A DNA stretch of 62,244 bases, filler included, from Basidioascus undulatus (GCA_000826855.1; 16 parts of 16 records of this genome joined end to end with filler, not necessarily neighbours in it); one strand, 5' to 3'; shown: positions 50,654 to 62,244, counted from the whole stretch's first letter. Notes: generated by a model not told the origin, from the letters alone. Translations and numbers: made by a program.

Positions 50654-51219
50654 TCACGCAGCCTTCCTCGGCGCGGGCGTCTTGTTCCCCACGAGGTTGA
50701 GAAGCTCGTGGGTGATGTCTGACGAGTGCTTTTGGTTGAGGTCGAGGGAGAGGGGCGGGCGGGAGTCGGCTGTGTGTCCGTCCATCGGAAGGTCAGCATG
50801 CAGGGGTCCAAGTGCGGGAGAGGGAGAGGGAGGGGAAGGAAAGAGATAAAAGGGAAGAGAGGAGTGGAGGGAGGACAGAAAGACGCACAGAAAGAGACAG
50901 TGAGCTCGGCCTTTGGGGAGCCTGGTACACGCTGGACGTCGACCTGCACGGCGCGGTTGGCGTACAAGATGCGGGGGAGGGCGTCTCTTACGAACTTGCT
51001 GTTACCCACCGCACCAACCCAACGACACCAAATCAGCGTCCTCCCTTCAGTCTCCTCTGAGTATAGAGGGGTAGAAACGCACCGCGCGCCATAGTGCAAG
51101 TTCTTCGGGGAGAAGGTGACCTGCAGGCTTGAGACGGCGGGGACGAGGGGTGCCCCTGCGGCGGGGCCGGAGGTGAGGCACTTGAGGGTGCGGGCGAGGG
51201 AGGTCGTGCGGTTAGACAT
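50654..51219 (-). CDS. MRP49: Mitochondrial ribosomal protein Mrp49/mL61 (L51/S25/CI-B8 domain)
   Basis: Three exons: LQVTFSPKNLHYGAR|KFVRDALPRILYANRAVQVDV...LTVSF|...LDLNQKHSSDITHELL...*. Confidence 0.8.
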
Positions 51220-51428
51220 TTTGAAGCTCGTGAGGTGAACAAAGAGTTGGGATTGAAGATGGGAGGGGGAGATGGAGGACGGTGCTTCGAAGGGAGAAGG
51301 CAGGGCACAGGGCTTTCGGCGTTAGGGAGTGCAGTGGGGCCGCTAGGGAAACCGGTGGACCGGCCCGGAGCAACTCCTGCTCGCCTTGCTCTCCTCTCTC
51401 TTTCCACTCTCATCCACCCTTCACCAAC

Positions 51429-51882
51429 ATGCCCCCCACTTCCTCCCTCCTTCCGCGCACCCTCCTCCTCCTCCCCCTCCCTGTCTCCCTCTCCCCCACC
51501 TCGCTGCTCCCAGTACTGCACCATGTCTCGTCAACCTCCTCCTCCCTCCTAGTCCTGCTCCTCGACTCCCCCACCTCCCCCACCCAGCAGATCGCGCACG
51601 CCTCGTGGCACGCGCTGCAGGCCTTCCTCACGCGCGCGTATGTTGCGCTGCTGCAGGGCCGCGAGCGGAGGTGGGAGGAGGGCGGGTGGTGGGGCGATGG
51701 GGTGGACGTCTGCTTTGCGGGCTTGTGGGACATGCTGCCCCAGGGGCTGGGGGAGGAGGGGTGGGAGAGGGCAGTGAACTTTGAGGGTGGTGCGCGCGCT
51801 TTCCTTTCTTTTGCCTTGATCCTGACTTGCTGACCTCCCCTCCCACAGACACCACCCCCCTCACGCCCTTGCTCTCCCCGCT
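51429..51882 (+). CDS. Probable phosphopantetheine adenylyltransferase (Cab4-like), N-terminal domain
   Basis: SWHALQAFLTRAYVAL...VDVCF resembles the N-terminal region of fungal Cab4. The catalytic motif is not on this contig. Confidence 0.4.
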
Positions 51883-54575
51883 NNNNNNNNNNNNNNNNNN
51901 NNNNNNNNNNNNNNNNNNNNNNNNNNTTAATTAATTAANNNNNNNNNNNNNNNNNNNNNNNNNNNNNNNNNNNNNNNNNNNNCGGCGGCGGGGCGGCGGC
52001 GGCGTTGAGGACGAGTAGTCGGAAGAGAGGGTGAACAGCACGCCCACTCGGACGATCAGCTCCCTTATAAGACGTCGGCGCCGCCCGCAGTTCGATGGCA
52101 AACGGCGCGTGTTAGCGGCCCTGCACCGGTCCCAGGCCTGCAGATTTGATTCAGAGCAGGAGAAGCTGGGTGACGGGCGGGTACTGTACTCGGCCAGTAC
52201 GCCCACGCCGCCTCGAAACAGCAATTTACGCCAGAAACAATCGAGCTTGCTGTAATGTTGGTCTGAGTGTATGCTCAGGGACCGAGTTCGATATCTGGAC
52301 TTCGAGGCACGCCTAGCGAAGTCAGTACGAAAAAAGCCAAAGCGGTATATCGAGCAAGCCAAATGCAGGCGATAAAGACACAACACATCTCACCGACCAG
52401 TCGCGCCTTTTGAGCGCCTCGCCGCCATGCCTCGTCAGCACTTTGCACCGGTCGCGATCGCTCGCGCGTGAATTATGTTGCGTTTTTGACATTCGAATGC
52501 TGCACTAAATTCATTGCATTACAACGCTTGGCCGAGAATAACAAGTACTATTGCATGGAGGCAGGTGGAGCCCTGGACAGGTATTTATTTGACGGCGCCG
52601 CGTTACCCACAGCCGCAAGAACTCGCCGCATTCAGCTCGCCACATCCTTTTTCAACGCTGCGTCACTGGGTACATTGTTATGTATGTGCATACGGAGTAC
52701 AATTTGAGGGGTATAGAGATGTACTTAGAGCTCCAAAGTTGCTTACAGAGACCAGGACAGCCATACAGACCCCGTGTACGACCTCACTCCAGACGCCATG
52801 GAGCTCGTTCCCACCCTCCTACCACCTTCCCACCCAACTCAAAGGCAATGTCGATACTTTTTGAAGGAAACCCAATGAAACTCCGGTCTCATCCTCAGTT
52901 ATGTCAGTGTAAGCCGCGAAGTCTATCATGAGTTTGTTCGCGTACACTCCCTCAACCTCCGAATGAATCGGCCATATTCAAACCCGCCTCGGGCAAGCTT
53001 TTACCCCACGGCGGAAAGGAGTACAATACAACTCTATAACGGGGCATTTAATATCCAACCAACCCAGCAAGAATGGAGCAATACAGGAGTGTGGGCAAGA
53101 ACAGACTGGGCAATACGTACATGAAGGCGGCGCCGGTGGGCTTTCTGCTGTTCGACCTTGGAGGCAAGGAGCAAGAGACGTCAGTAGCCTTTTTTTTTTT
53201 TAATGTGAGATTTGGCCATCTGAAAGTGGTCGCAGTGATGGACTCGACGTGCCGAAAGTTGTCGGTGGACACGGTAGCCGAAAAGAAGTGGGTGTGTTGA
53301 TCGCTATGAACCCTCGTGGAATGGGTCCCAAGTCCAGAAAGAACAGGACAGGTGCCTCTCGGAAGGTCTAAAAAGTCTTCAGGAATCTCTTTCGACCAAG
53401 TCGAAACTCTGTGAACATTGTCTCTTATTCATCCTTCCCCCGCAGGCCCGCAGACTGCACGAGCGGAGGGCCGCCGCCTGTTAACAAAGCGGATCCGTTG
53501 TGTGCATTCAGCGAAGGAGGGACCAATTAACATACAAGAATGGGCGCGTACAGATTCGCCGTCAAGCAATCGTCGAGCGGCATCGTCGCGCTGGGCCTGC
53601 TGGTCAACACCAACATTTACGCTTTGCTGCGCTGGGCGTCGCATTCCATTCTACAGACTTAAAAGCGTACTATTGTATCCTTTAATCCTTGGGGTGAGAC
53701 TATTCATTCTTCCGCGACGGACGTTGCTCTGACCAAGACGCGTGCGCGCCTGGCATTCCCAGGTCGTCGCCTTCATCTCTCTCACGATTCTTTCCGCCGT
53801 ATGCTCGCCGGCGAGAAGTTCGACTTCCACCTCATCATGGTCCTCGCCCGGCAGTTGACGGAGGAGACGCTCGCATTCAAGCTCGCTTCCGCTACGGAAG
53901 CTTCGATTCGGTTCGTTTCGCTGAGCACCTTCGGAATGCTCCCTGCCCTAACTCATCGAATTGATTATACTTTCTCCCACCTCCGCCGCGGATTTCCTGC
54001 TCCCCAGCTTTCCTCCGTCTTCCAACCGCTGCCCGACCAGCCCGCCGACGCTGGCACCGCCATTCGCATCCCCTCCGCGACTCCTTCCCGAAGACGTACT
54101 TCAACACCGTCCTCGTTCTGCCCATACTTTCCGTCTACGTTTCGACTGCCTTTACTCTCTCGCTCAAAGACCTCGAACTTGCCCTCGGCGTGCTCGCCAG
54201 CTTTCTTCCGCTCGTCCTCCTCCCGACGGTGACAGCCGGGATCGCGTTCGTAGCCTTCATCAGGACGAGTGGGACTATGTGTGGGCGTACAGGGAGTAGT
54301 GGGTCGGGCATCGTCCAGCTGGAGCTCTATATGACGGGGCGGACGGCCATGAGAAGGAGAAGGTGGTTGACGCCGCGGCAGCGGAGGAGACGGACGAGGC
54401 TCACCCGGAGGCTGCCGACGTTGACGACGTTCCTGCTGTCGCCCTCAGCGGGTACGTCGTCCGTGAGGCATACTANNNNNNNNNNNNNNNNNNNNNNNNN
54501 NNNNNNNNNNNNNNNNNNNTTAATTAATTAANNNNNNNNNNNNNNNNNNNNNNNNNNNNNNNNNNNNNNNNNNNN

Positions 54576-56975
54576 AAGCAGGCGGCAGAGCCAGAAGAAA
54601 GGAAGAGAGAAGACACACGGGGAGAAGTCGTAGCCGGCCGCGGCGTAAGCCCCGCATCCCAGCTCCTGCGCTGCTCGCTCCCCCTCCGGCGGCGCTGCTC
54701 CTCCTGGTCCCTTGCCAGCTTCCGCTCGAGCGCCAGACTCTCCCCATACATCGCGAGCTGCTCCTCGAGCGCCATCGCACGCTCTCCTACCTCACGCACG
54801 TCCTGCCGCTCCGCACTCTCGAACCCCCCAACGCTGGAGCCCGAGCCGGTCGTGCCCGATCCTGTCCCCGCGGAGGACGGCCGTTCGGCGAGGGAGAGCA
54901 AGTCGCGCTCGACCTGGCGCACCATGCTCGCGGCCTGGGCGTGGCTCGTTGCGGACAAGGTGCGCTTCCGGAGGGGCGTTCTGAACGGCGGTGGAGGGGG
55001 AGGCGGGTCCTCCGCGCCGGAGGAGGCGGAGGAGGCGAGCTTGGAGGGCGGGGGCGTGTAGGACGTGGATGTTGCGGACGTGGAGGACGGGGAGAGCTGC
55101 GTGGTGTACGAGTACCCGCCGAAGGACACGGAGGACATCGTGCTGCTCGCTGTGTTGGTGCGCGGGCGCGTGGTCGAGATTGGCGCAAGGGAGGGCGGCG
55201 GGAGACGGTGAGGGTGAGGGTGAGGGTGAGGTTGAGGAGCAGGAGGAGGAAGAGCGGGAGGGGGGAGAAGACCGCCGTCTTCGTCGTGGTCCGCCCCTTC
55301 GCCGTGCGCGTGCCCCTCCTCCGACCCTTCCGCAAGACGTCCCAAACCCAGCCCGAGGCCCACACCAGCCTCACTCCCGCTCTCGTCGCCGCCTGCGCCG
55401 GCGCTGCCGAGCGTGGAGCTCGAGCGCGAGCTGCGCCTGCGCGCGGTGGAGTGCGAGGACGACGAGCGGTGGCTGTCACGTTTCCTGTTGTGGGCGGGCG
55501 GAGAGGGCGGCTCGGGCGCATCATCATCCTCGTCATCAGCTCCCGCCTCGGACAAGTTTGAGCGCGCCGGGCGCGGTGTACGGCCCCAGTCGGCGTCGTC
55601 GGCGTTGTGCTCGGGGGCGACGGGGCTCGCGAGCGCGGAGCTCTTGCGCGGGCGGTACGGGTCGTCGCGGTCGGTCGCTGCTGAGAGGCTGCGGCTGCGG
55701 GTGGAGGGGAGCGCGTACGCGCGGGGGAAGGAAATCGGGGACGAGGAGCGGCGCGCGAGGGAGGCGGAGGTCGATGGCGAAGCGGAGGAGGACAGGGGTT
55801 CGTCGTCCGCGAAGGAGACGGATGCGGATGACGACGCGGACGACTTGCGCGAGTGCGTGCCACGCGGTCCGGGCCCCGGGCTGCTGCTCGTTGATGTTGG
55901 GGGCGGGGGCGTGTGCGGGGGAAGGTCCTCACCTGATGCGGCACGTCGGAAGAGGGACGCGATGGAGTGCTTGGACGCGAGCTTACGCAGCGGCGTGGGG
56001 CCCGAGGAGGATGCGAACTGCGCCTCGTACTCCTGGCGCGTCATGGGTTCCGAGATTGGCGGGCGCTCGCCCGACAGCGAGCGGCGGCGCAGCGGCGGGG
56101 CAGAGTGATGGGAGTGGGAAGAGTGGGATGAATGGTGGTGATGCAGCACTGCACGAAGGTGCGCAGCGGGCCGGGAAGCCTTCTCGATGATGCTTGGTAG
56201 GCTGGGTCGGCGGGGCTTGACCGAATCGGACGCGCTGCTGGGCGTGGGGGAGACAGGAAGGTTGAGGGGGAGTGAGGACGTGGACGCCTCCGCGTCGGAG
56301 AGGAACACGCTGGGCGGGTCGGCCGACTCGAGCAAGCCCACGACGTAGTCAAACCCCCCCTCGCGCGCGAGGGACGCGGGCAGGACGCCGTGCTTGTCTG
56401 GCTGGGTCCGGTCCGCGCCTGCGCTGAGCAGCAGGCGCACGAGCGACGCGTGCCCGTTCGCAGCGGCGAAGTGCAGGGGTGTCGAGCCGGTCGTTCCGGG
56501 GGAGTGCGTGGAGGACGAGGAGGCACCGCCGCTGGAAGATGAGGAGATGTGTCGGGGCAGTCTGCGGGTTACTCGATCCGCCGCACTCAGCATCCTCCGT
56601 CCACCACACTGAACAGGACGTATGAAGAACGCACCTCGGCGCGTTCACGTCCGCGCCGTGTTCGAGCAGCATGCGCACGACATCCTCGTTTCCGCTAAGA
56701 CAGGCCATATGGAGGGGAAGGACGCCACGGAGGACGCTGTTGGCCGGCTGGCCATTGGCGAGCGCGTACGCGACGCTGCCAACATCGCCATGGAGCGCGG
56801 AGGTGTGCAGGGCCAGATTCGGGTCTGCCCCAACCCCATCCCACCAAGACGTTCCGATGAGTGTTCTGAGATGAATGAGGATGCTGGGTGAGATTGTGGA
56901 CGCACAATCGGTAGACACGTTGAACCTGGCCTCGAGCTTGGCGGAGGATGAGCGCGAGTGGGGGAGGGACGGCAT
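54576..56975 (-). CDS. Ankyrin-repeat protein with a long Ser/Pro-rich tail
   Basis: MPSLPHS...; ALHTSALHGDVGSVAYAL; LPLHMACLSGNEDVVRMLLEHGADVN; GSTPLHFAAANGHASLVRLLLSAGAD. Confidence 0.88.
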
Positions 56976-57399
56976 CCTGCAGCCGTGCACGCTACGCGCT
57001 TCCCTCGGTCTCTTTCGTCGGTCCTCACGCCGTCGTCGTCGGCGGCGGCGGCGTGGCTGAAAATGNNNNNNNNNNNNNNNNNNNNNNNNNNNNNNNNNNN
57101 NNNNNNNNNTTAATTAATTAANNNNNNNNNNNNNNNNNNNNNNNNNNNNNNNNNNNNNNNNNNNNCCCCCCACCTCCGGCCCCTCGCCTCCACAGACGAG
57201 CCTTTGGCCCGTCAACGAGTACGCGAGGTCAGGCGGGCGGGGCCTGTAACTCAGCTTGGCGTGCCTTGTAGGCCTCCTTTTGGTGAACACCCCAAACCCA
57301 TGCAGCCGTGCGCACCACCGCAGCTGCCACGCTTTCGAGAGCGCTTGGAGGGTGCGGAGCGGGACGTCCGTGATGTGTACGATTTTGGGGACCCCAGGT

Positions 57400-59136
57400 A
57401 GTATCCGCTCCGCCCCAAAGGCCAAGCAGAGTCACCTCGAAAGAGCGACTGCGCCACAGACTGCAGCACGCGTGCTTTGTCCGGTAGAATGTCTTCCTGC
57501 TCGAGAATTGACTGGGTTTTTCTTTTGTCATCGGGCCGCCGCTTTATCCTTGATTCCACTGTAATGCTTGCACTCCACAAAGACATGGTGCTCGTCTTCG
57601 ACCTCGCCGCAATGCTGGCACAATGCATGCTGGGGCAGGTCCTCGGACTGCAGACGATCTGCCTCTCGTAGGCGAGTCGCAAGCGAACCCGTGAGTGCTT
57701 GCAGCTGGACCAGCGCTCTATAGGCGCTGACGGCTCTAGTGTAGACGTACTCCGGCGGGGTAGTACTGTCGTGCAGGATTCCACTGACGTTGGAGAGCGT
57801 TTTGGATGGGGGCTGTTCCGCTGTCGACGCACCATGTAATGCTGTCTCCAATCCTTTATGTTGGACTCAACGAAACCATCCCGCTCGTGGAACGGGGTGA
57901 ACGCGTCCATGTGGAAAGTTGGCCAAGGGACCATCAGAGTCGTGTGGTTATGAGCTTCCTTGGCTGTCTGGTCCGCCGCGTCGTTCAAACGGCTGCTTTG
58001 CGTCCCGTGTGCGCTTTCTCGTGTTGCAGCCTTATGTATCGGTAGCGTCGCGACAGGCTTTTCAGCCATGGTAGTAGCTCCTCCCATGCAGTGTGTTCCA
58101 GGTATAAGCTAGTAATCCAGTGTCGCTCGTCTCCGCCAGGATGTTGCATGTGTTGAGGTGGTCAGTGTCTAGAATCGTTGCTGCGGGTTGCGGTCGCTCG
58201 TTCCCCTGTCGCGCAGCAGCATCCATGAGGAAAGCCGCGACAAGGCCGAGCAGCTCGCAGTGTAGGCGCAGGCTGCGCGGCCTGGCAAGGTGAGGGCCAG
58301 TGACACGGGCCCGACCGCTGTTGCAGTTGTAGATCGTCTTCGTTGCGTGCCGCGTCCGACGCGAGGTGGACTGTTTCTTCATCCCGGTACAAGTTTCAGT
58401 TGGGTTAGCTGGGAACAGCTGGATGGCGGTCGTGATGGTGTTCTGCGCAATTTCTTCTCGTGATTGTCGCGGGATTGTGAGCTCGTAGCCTCCGTATGTA
58501 TTATACTCTGCAGCGTGTGAGCCTGCAGCCAGGTGAACAGGGCCTCCATGCGGAAAGCCGCGACTGAGAGTCCGTGCGGGGGGCAGGGCTGGAACACCCC
58601 AGTCAGTCCAAACTTGCCCAGTTGGTGCAGGAAATGGATGTTGCGAGCCCGCAGCATCGGTATGGTGCATTTGAGCTCTGGAGTTGCAGTCCGCAACCTT
58701 CCGCTATGTGAGCAATCGAAACGTTTCCCAGGACTGGTCGGTTGATCGCATCTTCAAGCCGACTTCTTGCATGGCGTGCAGAGCCGTGATCCAACCGGCA
58801 AGCAGCTTTCCCTTCGCCCGCGAGAAGCGAGAGTGGCAGTGGAGCTCCAGGGGCGAGCAGCAGTTATTGAATTGACATTCCCAATCAGCTAGCGTTATGA
58901 GTGCCATGGTCTGCATGGGGCTGAAGATGATGATTGAGGTCGCGCTTTAACCCTCGAATAGCGACTGCTGCGTTGATCATGTAGAACGATGGGAAACCCA
59001 ATCCTCGTTCGCTAATGGGAAGGGAGAGCACGTCGGTTGTGAAAGCAAAAGGCCACCCATAGTATTCCCAGATCTTCCTCGCCAGGCCGCGATCCAGTTG
59101 CTGGGCTTCCTTAAGGGAGGTAGATTGCGCTCGCAT
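57400..59136 (-). mobile_element. Decayed, 5'-truncated non-LTR retrotransposon (LINE) ORF2: post-RT region, RNase H-like domain and CCHC finger
   Basis: LSLPISERGLGFPS (post-RT GxLG motif); HCELLGLVA...TDHLN...LNDAADQTAK (RNase H acidic residues); CQHCGEVEDEHHVFVEC. Multiple frameshifts. Confidence 0.82.
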
Positions 59137-59339
59137 TCGTGCCTCGATCTTGGGACTTATGCACTGCAGTATGTGAGAGGAGAGTCGGCGAGTCTACACG
59201 TGCACCAATTTTTCTTTTCCGGCCTTCACATGCATCGGCGCAAGATCGGCGCGTCTTCCTCGTCTTCCTTCGTGACCTCTTGCCTTCACGGTCCTCACCG
59301 CCTTCCTTCCTACCCTTCTCCTATCGGCCGCAGCCCAGC

Positions 59340-59537
59340 ATGGCCCCTCGGGCGCCCCTTTCGCCCACGCCGCCGCGCTCCACACTCTCTACCCTCACCC
59401 TCCTGACAGTGACCTCCGCCTGCCGGCTCTTCCTGCAGCACGGCACAGGCTCGACGACCGTGCGCGGGCTGCCGCACCTCCTCCGCGCGCTCGAGAGCCG
59501 CCGGGGGGTGTTGACCGTCAGCAACCACCAGGCTATG
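59340..59537 (+). CDS. TAZ1: Tafazzin (cardiolipin transacylase), first exon
   Basis: STLTLLTVTSACRLFL...TVRGLPHLLRALESRRGVLTVSNH is the typical tafazzin N-terminus. Confidence 0.78.
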
Positions 59538-59755
59538 TGGGTACGGTGCTTGTACCACGGGCGTGGCCGAGGAGCAGGGGGGCGGCGAGCTGACTGAGAG
59601 GAGGCGGCCCCTCTTGCTGGGCTGGGCTTCGGCCTGGGGATGAGCAGGCTTTATGNNNNNNNNNNNNNNNNNNNNNNNNNNNNNNNNNNNNNNNNNNNNT
59701 TAATTAATTAANNNNNNNNNNNNNNNNNNNNNNNNNNNNNNNNNNNNNNNNNNNN

Positions 59756-59824
59756 AGTCAGATACTCTACCATTGAGCCAGCCGGCCGTGACCGACGCAG
59801 GGATCGAACCTGCAACCCCCTGAT
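59756..59824 (-). tRNA. tRNA (Trp-like) halves in permuted order: 3' half 59824-59789, 1-nt spacer, 5' half 59787-59756
   Basis: The minus strand reads A-TCAGG-GGGTT-GCAGG-TTCGATC-CCTGC-GTCGGTC-A, then C, then GGCCGGC-TG-GCTC-AATGGTA-GAGT-A-TCTGA-CT[contig end]. Acceptor (GGCCGGC/GTCGGTC) and anticodon (TCTGA/TCAGG) stems pair between the halves. The anticodon itself is missing, so Trp is inferred from the body sequence. Confidence 0.85.
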
Positions 59825-60577
59825 CTCGACTACCACCTGCTTATGCCAAGTGGTGATCGTTGTCTCTCATAAGTCGATTATATCAATTAGCCGCCAGCCG
59901 GAGCCCAGGATTCAGGCAAACATCTTCTTTAACCAACAATCCGGTCGCGACATAAATACTTCTGGAACCGTTGCATGGCGAACGTTATTGTAGGATATAG
60001 CTGCAGCAGGCTCAAGTGTCACCGCAAGCAAGGTGTCAAAAGGCCGCCGGGCCTGGCCATACTGTTGCTCCACCTTGCACAACATTTTTCTTTGGCTTTC
60101 TTCCGTTGCCCCTGAGTCTTTTATTGCGGGGAAGGCACTCCACACACTTGATGTCCGTGTCGGCTCCGACCTGCATCATGCTGAGGCTCATGCCGGAGCT
60201 ATGCGAGACCCTACTTAACTGCAAGCCTTGAGCACGGGATCGGCTTTACATGAAACCAAAATCCTTTCCGTATAAGGGATACGCAGAGCATGTTAGCGGT
60301 TGAGAGTGTCAATGTACAGGCGGAGGCGCACCTAAGCTCCCGTGGACACTTCGTCGGTTTGGAGGAGAAGGACAGTAGTGATGGTAGAAGGGGTCGCAAT
60401 GAACTTGAGAATGTCCTTCTCGACAGGGATTGGAACTGAATCGAAGATGTAACTGGCTTCTAAATCGTTTTTTTGGGGACGACAATGCAGGCAGGGTTAA
60501 GCTGTCGGCTTGAGCATAGTCATCGGCAGTATATCAAGCTGAGGCTGCCCCTTCAAGAGGTTCACGAGTGATAGGGA

Positions 60578-61234
60578 ATGGACTACCAAAAGTGGAAGAA
60601 CCCTGTTTTTTACCCTTTGTCCTGCAGTGTTCTTGAGCTACGACTTGAAAACAAGCAACAAGTGGGCTCGACGTTTCAGTTCGGTGCAGTACACAGCGTC
60701 ATACTGGGGGATACAGCCCCCTCCCCTCCCCCCCCCGCACGTGACCATCGAATTCTGCGACCGAGTGCGCTGTTCCCCCTGCACCCCACCTTTCCATCGC
60801 TGTCTCTTACAATTACCCCCTTATCCCGACAGTGTCGCTGGCTCCACCGCGCAACCTGGACCCAAACCGAGCTCTTCCTCACCTTCCCCCCGCCCGCCCT
60901 GAAGTCCATCTCGCTCGTCTCCCTCAACGCGCCCGAGACAGGCGGGCGCTTCCGCGTATGGCTGGGCCTGGGAGATGGGACGGAGCAGAGGCTCGTGTGG
61001 GACCGGAAGATCGAGGGCGGGTTCCCGGAACTCAAGGTGCTGGTACGTCCCGTTTCCCTAGATTCATTCGCTGGGTGAAAGGAGAATGGGGGACTTATGA
61101 GGAGGGAGAGCATACAGAAGCAGAGGATCAGGGATCTGGTCAGTCCAGAGAAGGAGCTGGGACATTCGGATAAGAAGGAGAAGGACAATGAGGGCGAGGA
61201 GAAGACGAGTTCAGCTTGCCAGTCTGTGCTCTAG
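60578..61234 (+). CDS. Rdx/SelW-family thioredoxin-like protein (Cys-type); start codon uncertain
   Basis: VTIEFCDR|CRWLHRATWTQTELFLTF...TGGRFRVWL...VWDRKIEGGFPELKVL|KQRIRDLVSPEKELGHSDK; the CxxC is formed across an intron. Confidence 0.88.
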
Positions 61235-62244
61235 GTTGATGAATAGTACATTCATATGAATTGATATCGTCATTGTTGTTTTTCCTCAACGCGGCTGCTG
61301 GATCGCTGGAGACATCGACTCTGTTCCTGGGCTGCTGGGCTGTCGCCGGCACTGTCGGGTTGTGGGTAGCCGACTGCAAGTGCAGTTAGGGATGGGCATG
61401 CCTTGGGCATACTCTCATCAAGGGCTCTTGCTGTGCTCAAAATTATGAATGATGCATAGAGATTCAAGCCCAATGCCTTTGCGGGGCGCAGCGCACTCCA
61501 AAGTTGCATGTCGGGACAGGCGACTTTGGATCGTAAACTAGGCAGACCCTACGAACTAGAGACGTCCATCTTCATGGCGAAGTCTCATGCGCGACTGGCA
61601 TTTGTTATTTATCACAGTTTAGAAACGCAATGTCGGTATATTTCCGTCACAAGACATTGGCATATGATTAAATCAAGCAGCCATGACAAGTCTCACAACC
61701 TCGCGCACCCACCTACGTCCACCATGCCCTTTCCCCCGCCCATCTCACAATGTCCCCAACAAAACAGACAGTTGACCTCCCACAAGCACTTCCATTTACC
61801 CCCACAGGGGCCTGTCGGGTCGCATGCCCCGGCGCGCGCCTGCTTGTGGTAGAAGGTAACGGCCCAGCGCTGAGGGCGTAGGTCGACACCCCGCCGAACA
61901 GTCGGCGTGGCGAGTCGGGCACTGCAGTGTTTGAACCGGGTTGTGGCCATGGTTTTGATGTTTTACATTGTGCGAGTGCGGCGAATGGGTGTAGAGGGTC
62001 CAGTAGCTTGGGCGGCCCCGCCTGAGCTCTCGCGAATCGCTGTGACGGTTTCTTGCAGATCGTTGCGCTGAAGGTGCAGGAGGTCGTCAGAAACCATGGA
62101 CGAGGATGGAGCTGAACTGGGTGCCTTACGAGAGCCTCCTCCAGAGGTGCAGAGCTCATCTCGCGCTTTGGGAAGCCGGAAGTGTACGTTGGTTTAGTGA
62201 GATGCTCTGGGGTTTTGGGACCCAGGGTCTGCAAGTCGAGGACC

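Noticed and set aside
2533..59755. Regularly spaced palindromic TTAATTAATTAA elements about every 2.6 kb
   Set aside because: They are embedded in fixed N runs and cut genes mid-exon, so they are artificial linkers. The spacing reflects size-sorted contigs (2532 down to 2489 bp).
59890..59946. Alternative upstream 5' halves (GGCTGGC at 59899; GACCGGA...CCTGA at 59946-59912) that would make a conventional intron-containing tRNA
   Set aside because: Neither has a D stem or correctly placed A14/G18G19, whereas the downstream half is fully canonical.
60745..60845. Possible fungal selenoprotein (SelW/Rdx family)
   Set aside because: The spliced motif is CDRC with TGC/TGT codons and there is no in-frame TGA.

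Overview
This window is not one locus. It is 16 unrelated contigs of a GC-rich, intron-dense fungal genome (basidiomycete-like: short GT-AG introns with CTRAC branch sites, a Zn2Cys6 factor, a CFEM protein), joined by artificial 100-bp N44-TTAATTAATTAA-N44 linkers. Fifteen contigs are about 2.5 kb and one is 23 kb (20978-44091). Recognisable genes or fragments are PAN6, PRP38, a Zn2Cys6 TF, an aldo-keto reductase, a WDR53-like WD40 protein, a small zinc-finger protein, FPGS, an auxin-efflux-carrier-family transporter, a cupin, an RNF5-like RING E3, a CFEM protein, an ADP1-like ABCG transporter, TRAPPC11, a C2H2 protein, a base-exchange phosphatidylserine synthase, NCA2, MRP49, a CAB4-like protein, an ankyrin protein, tafazzin and an Rdx/SelW-family protein. 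There are also several pseudogenes (APH-like kinase, GID4/VID24, GNAT-like, two tandem methyltransferases) and a decayed LINE. The most striking observation is at 59756-59824 (minus strand): a tRNA 3' half lies upstream of its matching 5' half with a 1-nt spacer. This is an apparently circularly permuted tRNA(Trp-like) gene, preceded by a structured leader containing what may be a decayed 5'-half remnant. The contig ends just before the anticodon, so the permutation needs confirming. All family calls come from my recall of motifs; no database search was run.
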